Source of the DNA: Polyangiaceae bacterium
GTDB taxonomy: Bacteria > Myxococcota_A > Polyangia > Polyangiales > Polyangiaceae
DNA length: 64,000 nucleotides
Assembly: GCA_044376115.1 (NCBI GenBank)
Contig: JBILLK010000004.1
Span: 224,001 to 288,000 of the forward strand
Reading direction: 5' to 3'
Shown here: positions 22,501 through 32,129 of the stretch, one piece after another
Layout of the letters: each line of letters opens with the position of its first letter
How positions within the stretch are numbered: the first letter of the stretch is position 1
Translations under genes and position numbers: made by a program
The notes under the pieces: generated by a model
What the model saw: only the letters and a program-made list of their open reading frames with translations
What the model was told of the DNA's origin: nothing
Database searches by the model: none

Positions 22501-23655
22501 TTGGTCTTGAATTCCCCCAAGCAGAAACCCCTCACGGTCCGCACCTTCGGCAGCTTCAGCGAGCTGTCGCCTCACTATGCTGCCGTTTCCACGCGGGGAA
22601 ACCCGACGCTTTCAGCGGCCTGGCTGTCTGCGCTGGAGAGCACCGGCTGCGTTTCTGAGGAGCGCGGCTGGGTTCCCAATCATATCGGCGTCTTCGAGGA
22701 CGAGACGCTGGTGGCTGCAATGCCCGCGTACGTAAAGTTCAACAGCGAGGGAGAGTTCATCTTCGATCACGCCATTGCGCGCGCAGCACCGCAGTTCGGG
22801 GTGCGGTACTTCCCCAAGCTTCTGATCGCGGTTCCCTTTACGCCGGCAACTGGCCCGCGCGTCCTCTACGCCGAAGGCACGCCTCCAGAGCGGGCTGAGC
22901 TAGCAGCCGCCGCGGCGCTCAACGCTCTTCTGCAACAGCTTCCAGTCTCGAGCGTGCACATGCTCTTCGCCGAAAAAGCGGTTGCTGAGCGGATGCAGAA
23001 CGGTTGGCTTTTGCACAGACATAGCCTGCAGTTTCATTGGCGGAATCGCAACTTCGAGTCCTTCGAGAGCTTCTTGGCGACGTTACCGTCGAAGCGACGC
23101 ACCAACATCCGCCGAGAACGGCGGGCGCTCACGGAACAGCAGATTCGAATCGAAAATGTACGAGGCCAAGCGCTCGAGGCGCGGCACGCGGACCTCGCGT
23201 ACGAGCTCTATCTGACCACCGTCGACAAGTTCATGTGGGGTCGGCGTTACCTCAATCGCGCGTTTTTTGAAGAGGTCATACACACCATGCCCGAGGCGAT
23301 CGACCTGGTGCTCGCGTTCGAGCGCGATGCAAACACCCCAATCGCTGGGGCGTTCAATCTGCGTGGCGCAAATACGCTCTACGGGCGGTATTGGGGGACG
23401 CACAAGGAGGTTCCGTTCCTGCACTTCAACGTGTGCTTCTACCACTCGATCGCGCGCTGTATCGAGGAGGGCGTGCAAACATTCGAGCCAGGAGCAGGAG
23501 GCGAGCACAAGCTCGCGCGCGGCTTCGAGCCGACGATCACCCACAGCCTCCACGCCTTCCGAGAGCCGCGGTTGAGCGCAGTCGTTGACGACTATTTCAC
23601 TCGAGAGCGCGCGCTTCTTGCTTCGGAAATTGGTGGCGAGGCTGCAGACGGTTGA
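22501..23655 (+). CDS. GNAT/FemAB-like protein (DUF482 family)
   Basis: SEGEFIFD, PKL..AVPFTPATG, LYGRYWG, LHFNVCFY, FEPGAGGEHKLARGF. Confidence 0.92.
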   Translation: MVLNSPKQKPLTVRTFGSFSELSPHYAAVSTRGNPTLSAAWLSALESTGCVSEERGWVPNHIGVFEDETLVAAMPAYVKFNSEGEFIFDHAIARAAPQFGVRYFPKLLIAVPFTPATGPRVLYAEGTPPERAELAAAAALNALLQQLPVSSVHMLFAEKAVAERMQNGWLLHRHSLQFHWRNRNFESFESFLATLPSKRRTNIRRERRALTEQQIRIENVRGQALEARHADLAYELYLTTVDKFMWGRRYLNRAFFEEVIHTMPEAIDLVLAFERDANTPIAGAFNLRGANTLYGRYWGTHKEVPFLHFNVCFYHSIARCIEEGVQTFEPGAGGEHKLARGFEPTITHSLHAFREPRLSAVVDDYFTRERALLASEIGGEAADG

Positions 23656-23688
23656 CGAGTGCCGCCGTTGTTCGCCATGCTTGGGGGC

Positions 23689-24216
23689 ATGAGTTCACTT
23701 ATCGCCACGAGGCTTACTTCGTCCCTCACCTTCGCCGTCGCGAGCTTGCTGGCGTGCGGAGAAGCGGTAACCACGCAGAACGACAGCTCGGTCAACGTGA
23801 CGGTTGGGGATCCGCCGATCCAGAACTGCAACGGCGACGCTCCCGACGGTTTTTGCAACATCGAGGGCGGTAAGCCGGAGACGTGCTCGTGCTTCGACTG
23901 CGTCGAGCACCCTGTGTGCCTCAACCTTTGCACCAACGACGGAGAGTGCTCCTCCAAGGAACTCGAGGGCGGCTGCGCCTGCGCCGATTGCGCGCAGGAG
24001 TGCATGACGACCAGCAGCTCGGAGGCTGGTCCTGGTCCGGGGCCGGGCGGTGGTGGTGCTGCGGGTGGTGGCGGCGCGGCAGGTGGTGGCGGCGCGGCAG
24101 CCGGCGGTGCTGCCGCAGGCGGCGCTGCGGCAGGTGGTGCAGCAGCTGGCGGAGCCGCAGCTGGCGGAGCCGCAGCCGGGGGTGCTGGTGGAACGGCCGG
24201 GGCTGGCGGCGTCTAA
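23689..24216 (+). CDS. Cys-rich lipoprotein with Gly/Ala low-complexity tail
   Basis: Lipobox LLAC; dense Cys cluster; C-terminal GGAAA repeats; start uncertain (23659-23689). Confidence 0.7.
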   Translation: MSSLIATRLTSSLTFAVASLLACGEAVTTQNDSSVNVTVGDPPIQNCNGDAPDGFCNIEGGKPETCSCFDCVEHPVCLNLCTNDGECSSKELEGGCACADCAQECMTTSSSEAGPGPGPGGGGAAGGGGAAGGGGAAAGGAAAGGAAAGGAAAGGAAAGGAAAGGAGGTAGAGGV

Positions 24217-24263
24217 TCAAGGCGCCAAGCACACGGACCATGGAGGGCCGCGGATTGCGGCCT

Positions 24264-25565
24264 TCAGCCTTTCGAAAGACCCAGTTTGCGAATGAACGGA
24301 CGGATGTGGTGGCGCTCCATCCCGCTGCGACGGGCCATTTCGCTAACGTTCCCGTTCGTCGAACGAAAGAGGTCGCCGAAGTACTTCGCCTCGAACTGAG
24401 CAATCGCTGAGCGCTTAGCCTCACCGTAATTGGTCGAACAGTCGAGCACCTCAGCGCTGGTTCCACCGCGCTCGAGCGGAAGCAGCTCGGTCAGCGTCTC
24501 CGCCGCGCGCGGCAGGCTCGCAGCGACGCTCGTGACATTGACCAGCTCGCGCACATTGCCTGGCCAGTCGTGCTGCGCAAGCGTGCTCATCACCAGCTCG
24601 ACCACGTCATCTGCCCGCTCGGGCCGGCCAATACGCTCGCACGTCGCGATCACCAGCGGCGCGATATCTTCACGGCGATCGCGCAAGGGCGGAAGCTCGA
24701 TACGGACCTGCGCGATGCGGAAGAAAAGATCGGAGCGAAAGCGGCCAGTGTTCATCGTATGGCCCAAGTCACGCCGCGTGGCAGCGATCACCCGCACGTC
24801 CACCGGCTCGTAGTGCTGGGCCCCTACCCGCTTGACCTGCTTCTCGGAGAGCGCACGCAAAAGCTTGGGCTGCAGATCAATTGGCAACTCGCCGAGCTCG
24901 TCGAGGAAGATCGTTCCCTTGTGGGCCTCGTGGAACGCACCGGGTCGCTTCTCATTAGCCCCGGTGAAAGCGCCCTTCTCATGACCAAACAGAAGACTCT
25001 CAGCCAGCGGTCCGGGAATCGAACCGCAATCCACCGTGATGAACGGCCCCTTGCCACGTCCGCTGCGACCGTGAACGGCATGAGCAACCAACTCCTTGCC
25101 GCACCCTGTCTCGCCGTTGATCAACATCGACAAGTCGGTCGGAGCGATCTCCCCGAGCAGCCGAAAGAGGTGTCGCATCCGCGGCGAAGAACCCACGAGA
25201 GGACCGAATCGGTCTTCAAATCCGACGTCGACACGCTCCTTCTTCTCGACCGGTTCAAAGGCAATGCGCGTAGCGCCAACCTGCAACGAGCAAGACGCCG
25301 TAAGCACCCCTTCGCGAATGCGGACCGAGTTGACGAAGGTTCCGTTGCGACTGCCGAGGTCGCGAACCAGCACTCCCTGGCCGTCGGCGCGCACCTCACA
25401 GTGGATGTTGCTCACCTCCGGATCGTCCACCGTGATCTTACAGCTTGGATCGCGACCGATCAGGATCGGCTCGACCGAGATCCTTACGGGCGCAAGGCCA
25501 TGCGGAGTGAGAGTCCCGCCACGAACGAACCATTGCAGCGTACTTGTGCGTGTCGCTTCCGACAT
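24264..25565 (-). CDS. FHA-domain sigma54-dependent enhancer-binding protein (Fis family)
   Basis: FHA motifs IGR, VS..H, DLGSRNGT; AAA+ GETGCGKE, GAFTGA, FLDE, WPGNVREL; C-terminal HTH. Confidence 0.95.
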   Translation of the reverse strand: MSEATRTSTLQWFVRGGTLTPHGLAPVRISVEPILIGRDPSCKITVDDPEVSNIHCEVRADGQGVLVRDLGSRNGTFVNSVRIREGVLTASCSLQVGATRIAFEPVEKKERVDVGFEDRFGPLVGSSPRMRHLFRLLGEIAPTDLSMLINGETGCGKELVAHAVHGRSGRGKGPFITVDCGSIPGPLAESLLFGHEKGAFTGANEKRPGAFHEAHKGTIFLDELGELPIDLQPKLLRALSEKQVKRVGAQHYEPVDVRVIAATRRDLGHTMNTGRFRSDLFFRIAQVRIELPPLRDRREDIAPLVIATCERIGRPERADDVVELVMSTLAQHDWPGNVRELVNVTSVAASLPRAAETLTELLPLERGGTSAEVLDCSTNYGEAKRSAIAQFEAKYFGDLFRSTNGNVSEMARRSGMERHHIRPFIRKLGLSKG

Positions 25566-25612
25566 GCTGAAGACCCTACCACGACCAACGCGAAGCTTCG
25601 GTTTTCAAGCTG

Positions 25613-25660
25613 CGTCCAAGGGACTGGTGTCGCACCGAACAGCGTCCAGTCCCCTGGACG
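25613..25660. promoter_or_regulatory. putative tandem enhancer (UAS) dyads
   Basis: CGTCCA-N6-TGGTGT (25613) and perfect CGTCCA-N6-TGGACG (25643); 25613-25627 and 25646-25660 form a 14/15 inverted repeat. Confidence 0.6.
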
Positions 25661-25746
25661 TGGAAATGTTCCCCGCGAACCTGTCCAGGCGGATGCCCCA
25701 AGGTAACGATCCGCGGCAAATTTGACCTGCCTTGGGGAATAAAGGT

Positions 25747-25764
25747 TCGGCACGGGTCCTGCTT
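25747..25764 (+). promoter_or_regulatory. sigma54 (-24/-12) promoter
   Basis: TCGGCACGGGTCCTGCTT with GG at 25749-50, exactly 10 nt, then GC at 25761-62; divergent from an EBP gene. Confidence 0.8.
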
Positions 25765-25801
25765 AAGGGGAATCGTTCCGTCAACCCTACGAGAGGCCCC
25801 C

Positions 25802-28195
25802 ATGCGGAGAATGTTACAACGAGCTTCGACGCACCTTTGGATGAGCGGCATGGTAGCCGCCACCGCAGCGCTAGCTCTTGGATTCGCCGGTTGCCAGGAC
25901 GACACCGAAGGTGGTCTCGTCGGCAGCACGTGTGTTTCCAACGCCGAGTATTTCTCGGTTCAATACTTCAAGATAATCAAGAAAGAGTGTGGCGACTGCC
26001 ACGCGTTTGGTGGCCAAGGCGCGAAGGCCAGCGACTTCGACCTCGCCCCGTCCTCGCAGGCCGGCTTCCTCGATCTCAACCTTGAGAACGTTCGCAAGGT
26101 CGCTGGAATCACTGATGCCGAAGGAAAGCGAGTTTTCCTCGAGAAGCCGCTCGGCAACATGGACCACGGCGGTGGCCCGATCTTCAGCGGCGTCGAGGAC
26201 CCGAAGTACAAGCAACTCGAAGAGCTCGTAAACCGACTCGACGCGAGTGACAGCTGCCCCGACACCGAAGCACGCTTCCTCGCAGGAACGCGGATGCTCG
26301 GCCCGTCGGCGCTGGTTCGCAAGGCCGCTTTGGTTCTCGCGGCCCGCCTTCCCACGCAAGAAGAGCTCGACATTGCCGAGAAGGGTGGCTGGCCGGCTGT
26401 CGACAAGATCCTCGACAACTACATGGAGGAGCCCGCCTTCTTCGCGCGTCTCAAGGAGAAGTACAACGACGAGATGCTCACGGACCAGTACGCCGATCCG
26501 GACGAGATTGGCGCGATCGAGAGCGACAACTACTCACCGCGTTGGTGGGATGACGAAGCCTTCTTGAACAACCCGGCGAACATCACCAAGTACGGCGCTG
26601 AGAACTCTGAAGACCTTCGTAACAAGGTTGCGAGTTGGACTGCCCGCGGGATTGCGCAAGCTAACCTGGAGCTCCTCGCTTACATCGTTCGAGAGAACAA
26701 GAGCTACCAAGAGGTCGTCACCGCCAACTACATGATGGTGAACCCGTTCTCAGCTCGTGCCTTCAAGATTCCGACGGCCGACCAGAAGTTCGTCAACGAC
26801 GCCGATCCGGATGAGTTCATCCCGGTGCGCCTTGGCGGCTACGAGAGCGAATACCCGCACGCCGGCATGCTCTCGGACCCGACTTGGCTGCAGCGTCACC
26901 CGACGACCGCTACGAACCGCAATCGTCACCGCGCGAAGGAGGTCATGCATCTCTTCCTTGGTAACGATATCCTCAAGGCCGCCGAGCGTCCGCTCGACAT
27001 CGACGAGGAGCTGCTCGGGACGAATCCGACGCTGAACGCAGAGTTCTGCGCAAACTGTCACGCTTTGCTCGACCCGATCGCGGGCACCTACCAAAACTTC
27101 CAACCCACCTTCGAGAACGACGACGACGTTCAGTTCGGCTTCAGGGCGGAAAGTGATTGGTTCCCGGAGATGGCGGAACCTGGCTTCGGCAATGAGGTTA
27201 TGCCTGGGAAGGACCGTCGCCGAGCGACGCAGTGGCTCGGCGGAAAGATCGCTGGTGACCCGGCGTTTGCCTACGCAGGCGTATTCATGGCCTACCGCGC
27301 CCTCACCGGCAACGACCCGCTGCCCGCCCCCATCAACGCCAGCGAGGAAAACTTCGATGGCAAGCTGACCGCTTACCTCGGTCAGTATTACACGTTCGGA
27401 CAGATCGCGAAGAAGTTCGAGGCCAGCGGCTACAACTTCAAGTCGATGGTCAAGGACGTCGTCCTGAGCCCGTACTTCCGGGCCGAGAACGCTGCAGCTG
27501 ACATCGCGGACAGCCAGCTCGCCAACCTCAACGGAGTTGGGACCGCCCACCTCCTCACGCCAGAGCAACTCAACCGCAAGGTTACCAACGTGCTCGGGAT
27601 GCGTTGGACCCCCGGCGGAGACGTGTTCGGCTCGCCCAACCTTCTCACCGACGGTGGTGGAGAGGGCTTCAAGATCCTCTTCGGCGGCATTGACTCGGAC
27701 AATACGACCCTCCGCGTCACTGAGCCCAGCGGCATCATGGCGAACGTCATGGAGCGCATGGGTCTCGAGATGGGTTGCCGTGTCGCTAACGCCGAGTTCG
27801 CGTTGCCGCAAAGCGAGCGCCGCTGGCTCAAGTCGGTTGAGATGGCGACCGAGCCGCGCGACGTCAACGGCTACGAGATTGCCGGTGACATCCAGAAGAT
27901 CAAGACGGACATGGTGTACCTCCACGAGCGGCTTTGGGGCGAGAAGCTCTCCCCGTCCGATCCGGAGATCACCCGAACGTACAACCTCTTCGTGAGTGTT
28001 TGGGACCACGGCAAGAAGAACATCGTCCCGGTAGAAAACCAGTTCCCCGGTCAGTGCATCAGCGACCGCAACTACCTAACGGGTGTGACGCTGGACGAGG
28101 CCTCGAGGGTGGTCGACGACTCGCTCTACACTGGGCGTGCTTGGTCGGCGGTCTTCGCCTACATGCTCACGGATTACAACTTCGTTTACGAGTGA
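25802..28195 (+). CDS. large lipoprotein with two CxxCH motifs (planctomycete-cytochrome/DUF1588-like)
   Basis: Lipobox FAGC; CGDCH near the N-terminus; HAGML..NRHRA and CANCHALLDP resembling DUF1588; start may be a few codons later. Confidence 0.8.
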   Translation: MRRMLQRASTHLWMSGMVAATAALALGFAGCQDDTEGGLVGSTCVSNAEYFSVQYFKIIKKECGDCHAFGGQGAKASDFDLAPSSQAGFLDLNLENVRKVAGITDAEGKRVFLEKPLGNMDHGGGPIFSGVEDPKYKQLEELVNRLDASDSCPDTEARFLAGTRMLGPSALVRKAALVLAARLPTQEELDIAEKGGWPAVDKILDNYMEEPAFFARLKEKYNDEMLTDQYADPDEIGAIESDNYSPRWWDDEAFLNNPANITKYGAENSEDLRNKVASWTARGIAQANLELLAYIVRENKSYQEVVTANYMMVNPFSARAFKIPTADQKFVNDADPDEFIPVRLGGYESEYPHAGMLSDPTWLQRHPTTATNRNRHRAKEVMHLFLGNDILKAAERPLDIDEELLGTNPTLNAEFCANCHALLDPIAGTYQNFQPTFENDDDVQFGFRAESDWFPEMAEPGFGNEVMPGKDRRRATQWLGGKIAGDPAFAYAGVFMAYRALTGNDPLPAPINASEENFDGKLTAYLGQYYTFGQIAKKFEASGYNFKSMVKDVVLSPYFRAENAAADIADSQLANLNGVGTAHLLTPEQLNRKVTNVLGMRWTPGGDVFGSPNLLTDGGGEGFKILFGGIDSDNTTLRVTEPSGIMANVMERMGLEMGCRVANAEFALPQSERRWLKSVEMATEPRDVNGYEIAGDIQKIKTDMVYLHERLWGEKLSPSDPEITRTYNLFVSVWDHGKKNIVPVENQFPGQCISDRNYLTGVTLDEASRVVDDSLYTGRAWSAVFAYMLTDYNFVYE

Positions 28196-28206
28196 GAGGT
28201 ACAGCC

Positions 28207-29577
28207 ATGGAACGCCGAGATTTTCTCAAGCTTGCTAGCATGACCGGCCTCACCGTTGCGGTGGGGTCCGCAATGGACGCTCAAAACGCACAGGCGGAGG
28301 CAGCTCCCGCCCACACCTTCTTCCTCAACTTCCACATGGGTGGTGGTTGCGACACAACCAACTTCGTCGATCCGAAGGGCGCCGCCAACGAGACCGATGC
28401 GGCATCGCCGCCGGGCTCTCCGGTGATGAACCGCTACCTCACGTCGGAGATTGCGCAGCACACCGACTCATCGAGCGGGGTCAGCTGGGCGCCGCTCTAC
28501 CTGAGCCGGGAGATCGCGGGCAACCAGGCCGCGATCGACAACGCGATGAACTTCGAGAACTTCATGCGTGCATACGCGAAGGACTTGTTGGTTATCCGCG
28601 GCATCGACATCCAAACCAATGCTCATGACGTCGGTTCAAGGTCCTCTGTAACCGGGACGAGCCAAGAGCGCTCAGCAGCCTTCGGAGCGATTGTTTCGGC
28701 CGGTCTCTTGCCGAATGCCCCGATGTCCTTCATCTCCTTTGGCGGTTACTCGGAGACGGCAGGTCTCACGGCGGTTACTCGGCTTGGCAACCTCGACGCT
28801 ATCAAGAGGCTCGCTTATCCCTACCGTCGCAACCCGAACAATGCAGATGAACTCTACTTCGCCGACGAACAAGCGGCGATGATCGCTGAGGCGCGTGAAG
28901 CACGCTTCAACGAGAAGTACGCCCAGCAGAAGCTGCCGAAACTGAAGAACTCGCTCAACACGCTCTACCTTTCCCGGTTGGGCCAGAACGAGCTCAAGCA
29001 GCTGGTCTCCTACCTGCCGGAGGACGTCCTCCCGGGTGTTGCCGGCCAGGTGCAACTCGCAGCAGCGGCATACAAGGCTGGCCTCGCTGTCGCCTGCAAT
29101 CTCGGCGCACCGGGCGGCTACGATCACCACGACAATGTGGACGTCAACCTTGCAAACTCGCTTGGCAACGCGTTCGACCCCGACCAGGGTATTCCCCGCG
29201 CGATCAAGGTTCTTGAGGACCTTGACCTGTACGGCAAGAAGGCCTGCATCAGCATCACCACCGACTTTGGCCGCACGCCCGGATACAACATGGGCAACGG
29301 CAAGGATCACTGGGGCATCACGAGCATGGTGCTACTCGGCAACATCAACGGAAAGAAGATCAAGCCGGGCATCAAGGGCGGAACGACGGAGCGCCACGAA
29401 GCACGCGGTGTCGACGTCGTCACCGGAGTGGTCAACGATGGCACGCTCAATATCCACACGGGTCACATCCAGAACGCCCTGCGCAAGCTGGCGGGCGTTG
29501 CTGACTCGCCGGGTGCACGGGCGAATCCGGTTCCGGAACCCACCAGCGAACTCCCCGACTTGATCGAGTTGGTCTGA
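28207..29577 (+). CDS. Tat-exported DUF1501-like protein
   Basis: MERRDFLK twin-arginine signal with AQA cleavage site; GGCD, GGYDHH, TDFGRTP, GKDHW; GAGAGG RBS. Confidence 0.85.
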   Translation: MERRDFLKLASMTGLTVAVGSAMDAQNAQAEAAPAHTFFLNFHMGGGCDTTNFVDPKGAANETDAASPPGSPVMNRYLTSEIAQHTDSSSGVSWAPLYLSREIAGNQAAIDNAMNFENFMRAYAKDLLVIRGIDIQTNAHDVGSRSSVTGTSQERSAAFGAIVSAGLLPNAPMSFISFGGYSETAGLTAVTRLGNLDAIKRLAYPYRRNPNNADELYFADEQAAMIAEAREARFNEKYAQQKLPKLKNSLNTLYLSRLGQNELKQLVSYLPEDVLPGVAGQVQLAAAAYKAGLAVACNLGAPGGYDHHDNVDVNLANSLGNAFDPDQGIPRAIKVLEDLDLYGKKACISITTDFGRTPGYNMGNGKDHWGITSMVLLGNINGKKIKPGIKGGTTERHEARGVDVVTGVVNDGTLNIHTGHIQNALRKLAGVADSPGARANPVPEPTSELPDLIELV

Positions 29578-29611
29578 GTTACGGCTCTCGCTAAGTAGAA
29601 AGCAACCGAGT

Positions 29612-29651
29612 GAAGCGAGGATACCTTCGGGTGTTCTCGCTTCGTTCGTTT
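29612..29651 (+). terminator. intrinsic terminator
   Basis: GAAGCGAGGATACC-TTCG-GGTGTTCTCGCTTC followed by GTTCGTTT. Confidence 0.8.
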
Positions 29652-29660
29652 GTGGCGGCG

Positions 29661-32129
29661 TTACTCAACGACAAACTCGATTGACTCGCCTGCCACACGT
29701 CCAGACTGGGTTGGCTGCAGCTGATGCACGCCTGGCGTAAGACTAATCAAGGCGGTCCCAACCCGGTCGGCCCGCAGCGGCTGCCCATCGAGCTGAAACC
29801 CCGGGTCGGCCGCTGCGCCAAACGCTGCGCGCACGCGGATTTGAGCTGCGCGGCCCTGCTCCAAGTAGAAGCGAGCGCCGTCTTCCGGATAAAGGATCGT
29901 AATCGATCGCGAGCTTGCACGGGGCAGACCTGGTGGGGGGCATCGAGGCGAAGGGCCAGGTACGACAGGCCGCTTCGCGGCTTCCGCCCACGCGTGGAAG
30001 AGCGGTGGGTAGCGCTCGAAGGTACGTGGATCAGCGTCTTTGCAATCCGGGCCAGCCAGGAGGGAGTTCGTCGGATCGACCGGGAGCTGCACGTGAACGG
30101 TGCACGTCTCCTCGGTACTTCCCTTCACGATCCACTCCTGTTTGTGACTTGGGCAATGTGGCCCAACCGGCGCACCGGAAAGAGCGCAGACCTCACGAAG
30201 CTCATGGTCGAGCGGGCGCTTGAATTCGCCTGCTGACGGGAAGCGGCGCTCGGCCGCCAACATCGCCTCGCGAAAGATCGGACCTGCGCCGGTGATTCCG
30301 CTGATCCCCTTCATTGGAGAGCCATCAAAGTTGCCGACCCACACAGCGACGGTTACCCGAGTCGTGAAGCCCACCGCGATGTTGTCGCGGTACCCCTTCG
30401 ACGTCCCCGTTTTTGCGGCGACCGTCATCGGTAGATCGAACACGGTGCGTTCGCCGAACGAGCTGCGCCGCGCCCGGCCATCGGCCAACATGTCGGTAAG
30501 GATGGCCACGGTCTCGGCCTTGAATGCTGGTGGATTGGGGGAAGCGAGAGGCTGCGTGTTGCGCTCTCCCTCCCCAGTCTCAAACGCCGTTACGAAGCGT
30601 GGCGGAAGGCGTTCACCGCCGCGCGCCAACGCTGAATAGGCAACGGCCAGCTCAAGCAAGCTAACTTCCCCATCGCCCAGCGCGATGCCCACACCGTAGT
30701 GCTCGGCCGGCCGCGTGAGCGAGCAAAAGCCAAGGCTCAGCAGCCGGGACTGGATCGCCCGCGGGGTGACGCGTTCGGCTACCCAGACCGCAGGGACGTT
30801 GAACGAGTTCCCGAGCGCCTCGCGCATCGTCACCGGCCCGTGAAAGATACGGTCGTAGTTCTGCGGTCGAAAGAAGTCGCCTTCGCCCGCTGCGAACGAA
30901 AGCTCCACATCAGGGAGCAACGAATTTGCGGCAAGACCGGACTCGAGCCCCACTCCATAGACAAATGGTTTCAATGAGCTTCCGGGTTGGCGCTGGGCGC
31001 GGACGCCATCATTCGCGCCGAGTGACTTCTCGTCCGATGCGTCGGGTGACCCAACGTACGCCAGCACCTCGCCATTCGTGTTGTCGAGGACCACGACGCT
31101 CGCGGCCGAGATCGACTTGTCTCTGACCGAAGCCACGATTCTCCGCGTAGAGGCCTCAATCTCTGACTGAAGGTCGCCATCGAGGGTCGTATGGACCACC
31201 GCCGTCTCGGCGGGAAAACTCTCACGGCCCTGCAGGGCGGTTGCACAAGGGTCGGGCCCTGCGAGCAGCGCGTTCACGAAATGTGGCGCCGATCCAAGCT
31301 GCGCGGGTGACGCAATCCGGATGGGCTCAAGTTTGGCCGACGCTGCATCGGACTCGCTGAGGCTGCCGTTGGCTGCCATGCGGTCAAGCACCCGATTGCG
31401 GCGTTTGAGCAGCTTCTCCGTGCCTTTGCGAGGGTCATACAGCGACGGCCCGCGAGGAAGACTCGCAAGCGCTGCAGCCTCAGCCCAAGACAGCTGGCGA
31501 GCCCGCTTGCCGAAGTAGTGAAGGGCGCCGGCCTCAGCACCTTCGATGTTGGGCCCAAACTCGACACGATTGAGGTAGGCCTCCAGGATTTGCTCCTTGG
31601 TGAGCTCCTGCTCGATGCGGAGAGCGAGCGCGATGACGTCGAACTTGCTGCTGAAGGTTCGTGGCGCCCTCGTCACTGTTCGCGCGAGCTGTTGAGAGAG
31701 CGTAGAGGCGCCACTGACGACTCGTCGCGCAGCGAGCGAACCGAAAAAGGCTCGGCCGGTCGCGAGCACATCGACGCCGTGGTGCTCGTAGAAGCGGCGG
31801 TCTTCGGCGGCGATCAGCGCGGTGGGGAGCTTGTCGCCGAAGTCAGCGAGCGGCAGCTGAATGTGTCGCTTTCCGTCGCCGGTACGCAGGTGAGCCAAAG
31901 GCTCTCCGTTTCGCGACAACACCCGCAGGCTGTTCGACGCAGGCTCATCGGAGCCTGCGTCTTGCGCGAGTTCGCTCGGGAGAGACAGCATGCACGCACG
32001 CGTGAAGAGCGCCGAGGTCGGGATCACCACCGAGGCTGTGGCGATCCCAACCGCAACTCTGAGCCAGGGCCGTTGCCACGCTGCGCTGAGCCAACGCCGG
32101 CTTCGACCAAAGGCGGTGCGCACGTTCAC
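29661..32129 (-). CDS. pbpC: penicillin-binding protein 1C (GT51 plus transpeptidase)
   Basis: EDRRF, GASTLSQQLAR, SSLK, SFN, KTGTS; GTGA-coupled to alpha-2-macroglobulin. Confidence 0.93.
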   Translation of the reverse strand: MNVRTAFGRSRRWLSAAWQRPWLRVAVGIATASVVIPTSALFTRACMLSLPSELAQDAGSDEPASNSLRVLSRNGEPLAHLRTGDGKRHIQLPLADFGDKLPTALIAAEDRRFYEHHGVDVLATGRAFFGSLAARRVVSGASTLSQQLARTVTRAPRTFSSKFDVIALALRIEQELTKEQILEAYLNRVEFGPNIEGAEAGALHYFGKRARQLSWAEAAALASLPRGPSLYDPRKGTEKLLKRRNRVLDRMAANGSLSESDAASAKLEPIRIASPAQLGSAPHFVNALLAGPDPCATALQGRESFPAETAVVHTTLDGDLQSEIEASTRRIVASVRDKSISAASVVVLDNTNGEVLAYVGSPDASDEKSLGANDGVRAQRQPGSSLKPFVYGVGLESGLAANSLLPDVELSFAAGEGDFFRPQNYDRIFHGPVTMREALGNSFNVPAVWVAERVTPRAIQSRLLSLGFCSLTRPAEHYGVGIALGDGEVSLLELAVAYSALARGGERLPPRFVTAFETGEGERNTQPLASPNPPAFKAETVAILTDMLADGRARRSSFGERTVFDLPMTVAAKTGTSKGYRDNIAVGFTTRVTVAVWVGNFDGSPMKGISGITGAGPIFREAMLAAERRFPSAGEFKRPLDHELREVCALSGAPVGPHCPSHKQEWIVKGSTEETCTVHVQLPVDPTNSLLAGPDCKDADPRTFERYPPLFHAWAEAAKRPVVPGPSPRCPPPGLPRASSRSITILYPEDGARFYLEQGRAAQIRVRAAFGAAADPGFQLDGQPLRADRVGTALISLTPGVHQLQPTQSGRVAGESIEFVVE

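Noticed and set aside
27934..28206. N-terminal extension of the DUF1501-like ORF
   Set aside because: Overlaps the upstream gene; the RBS and Tat signal place the start at 28207
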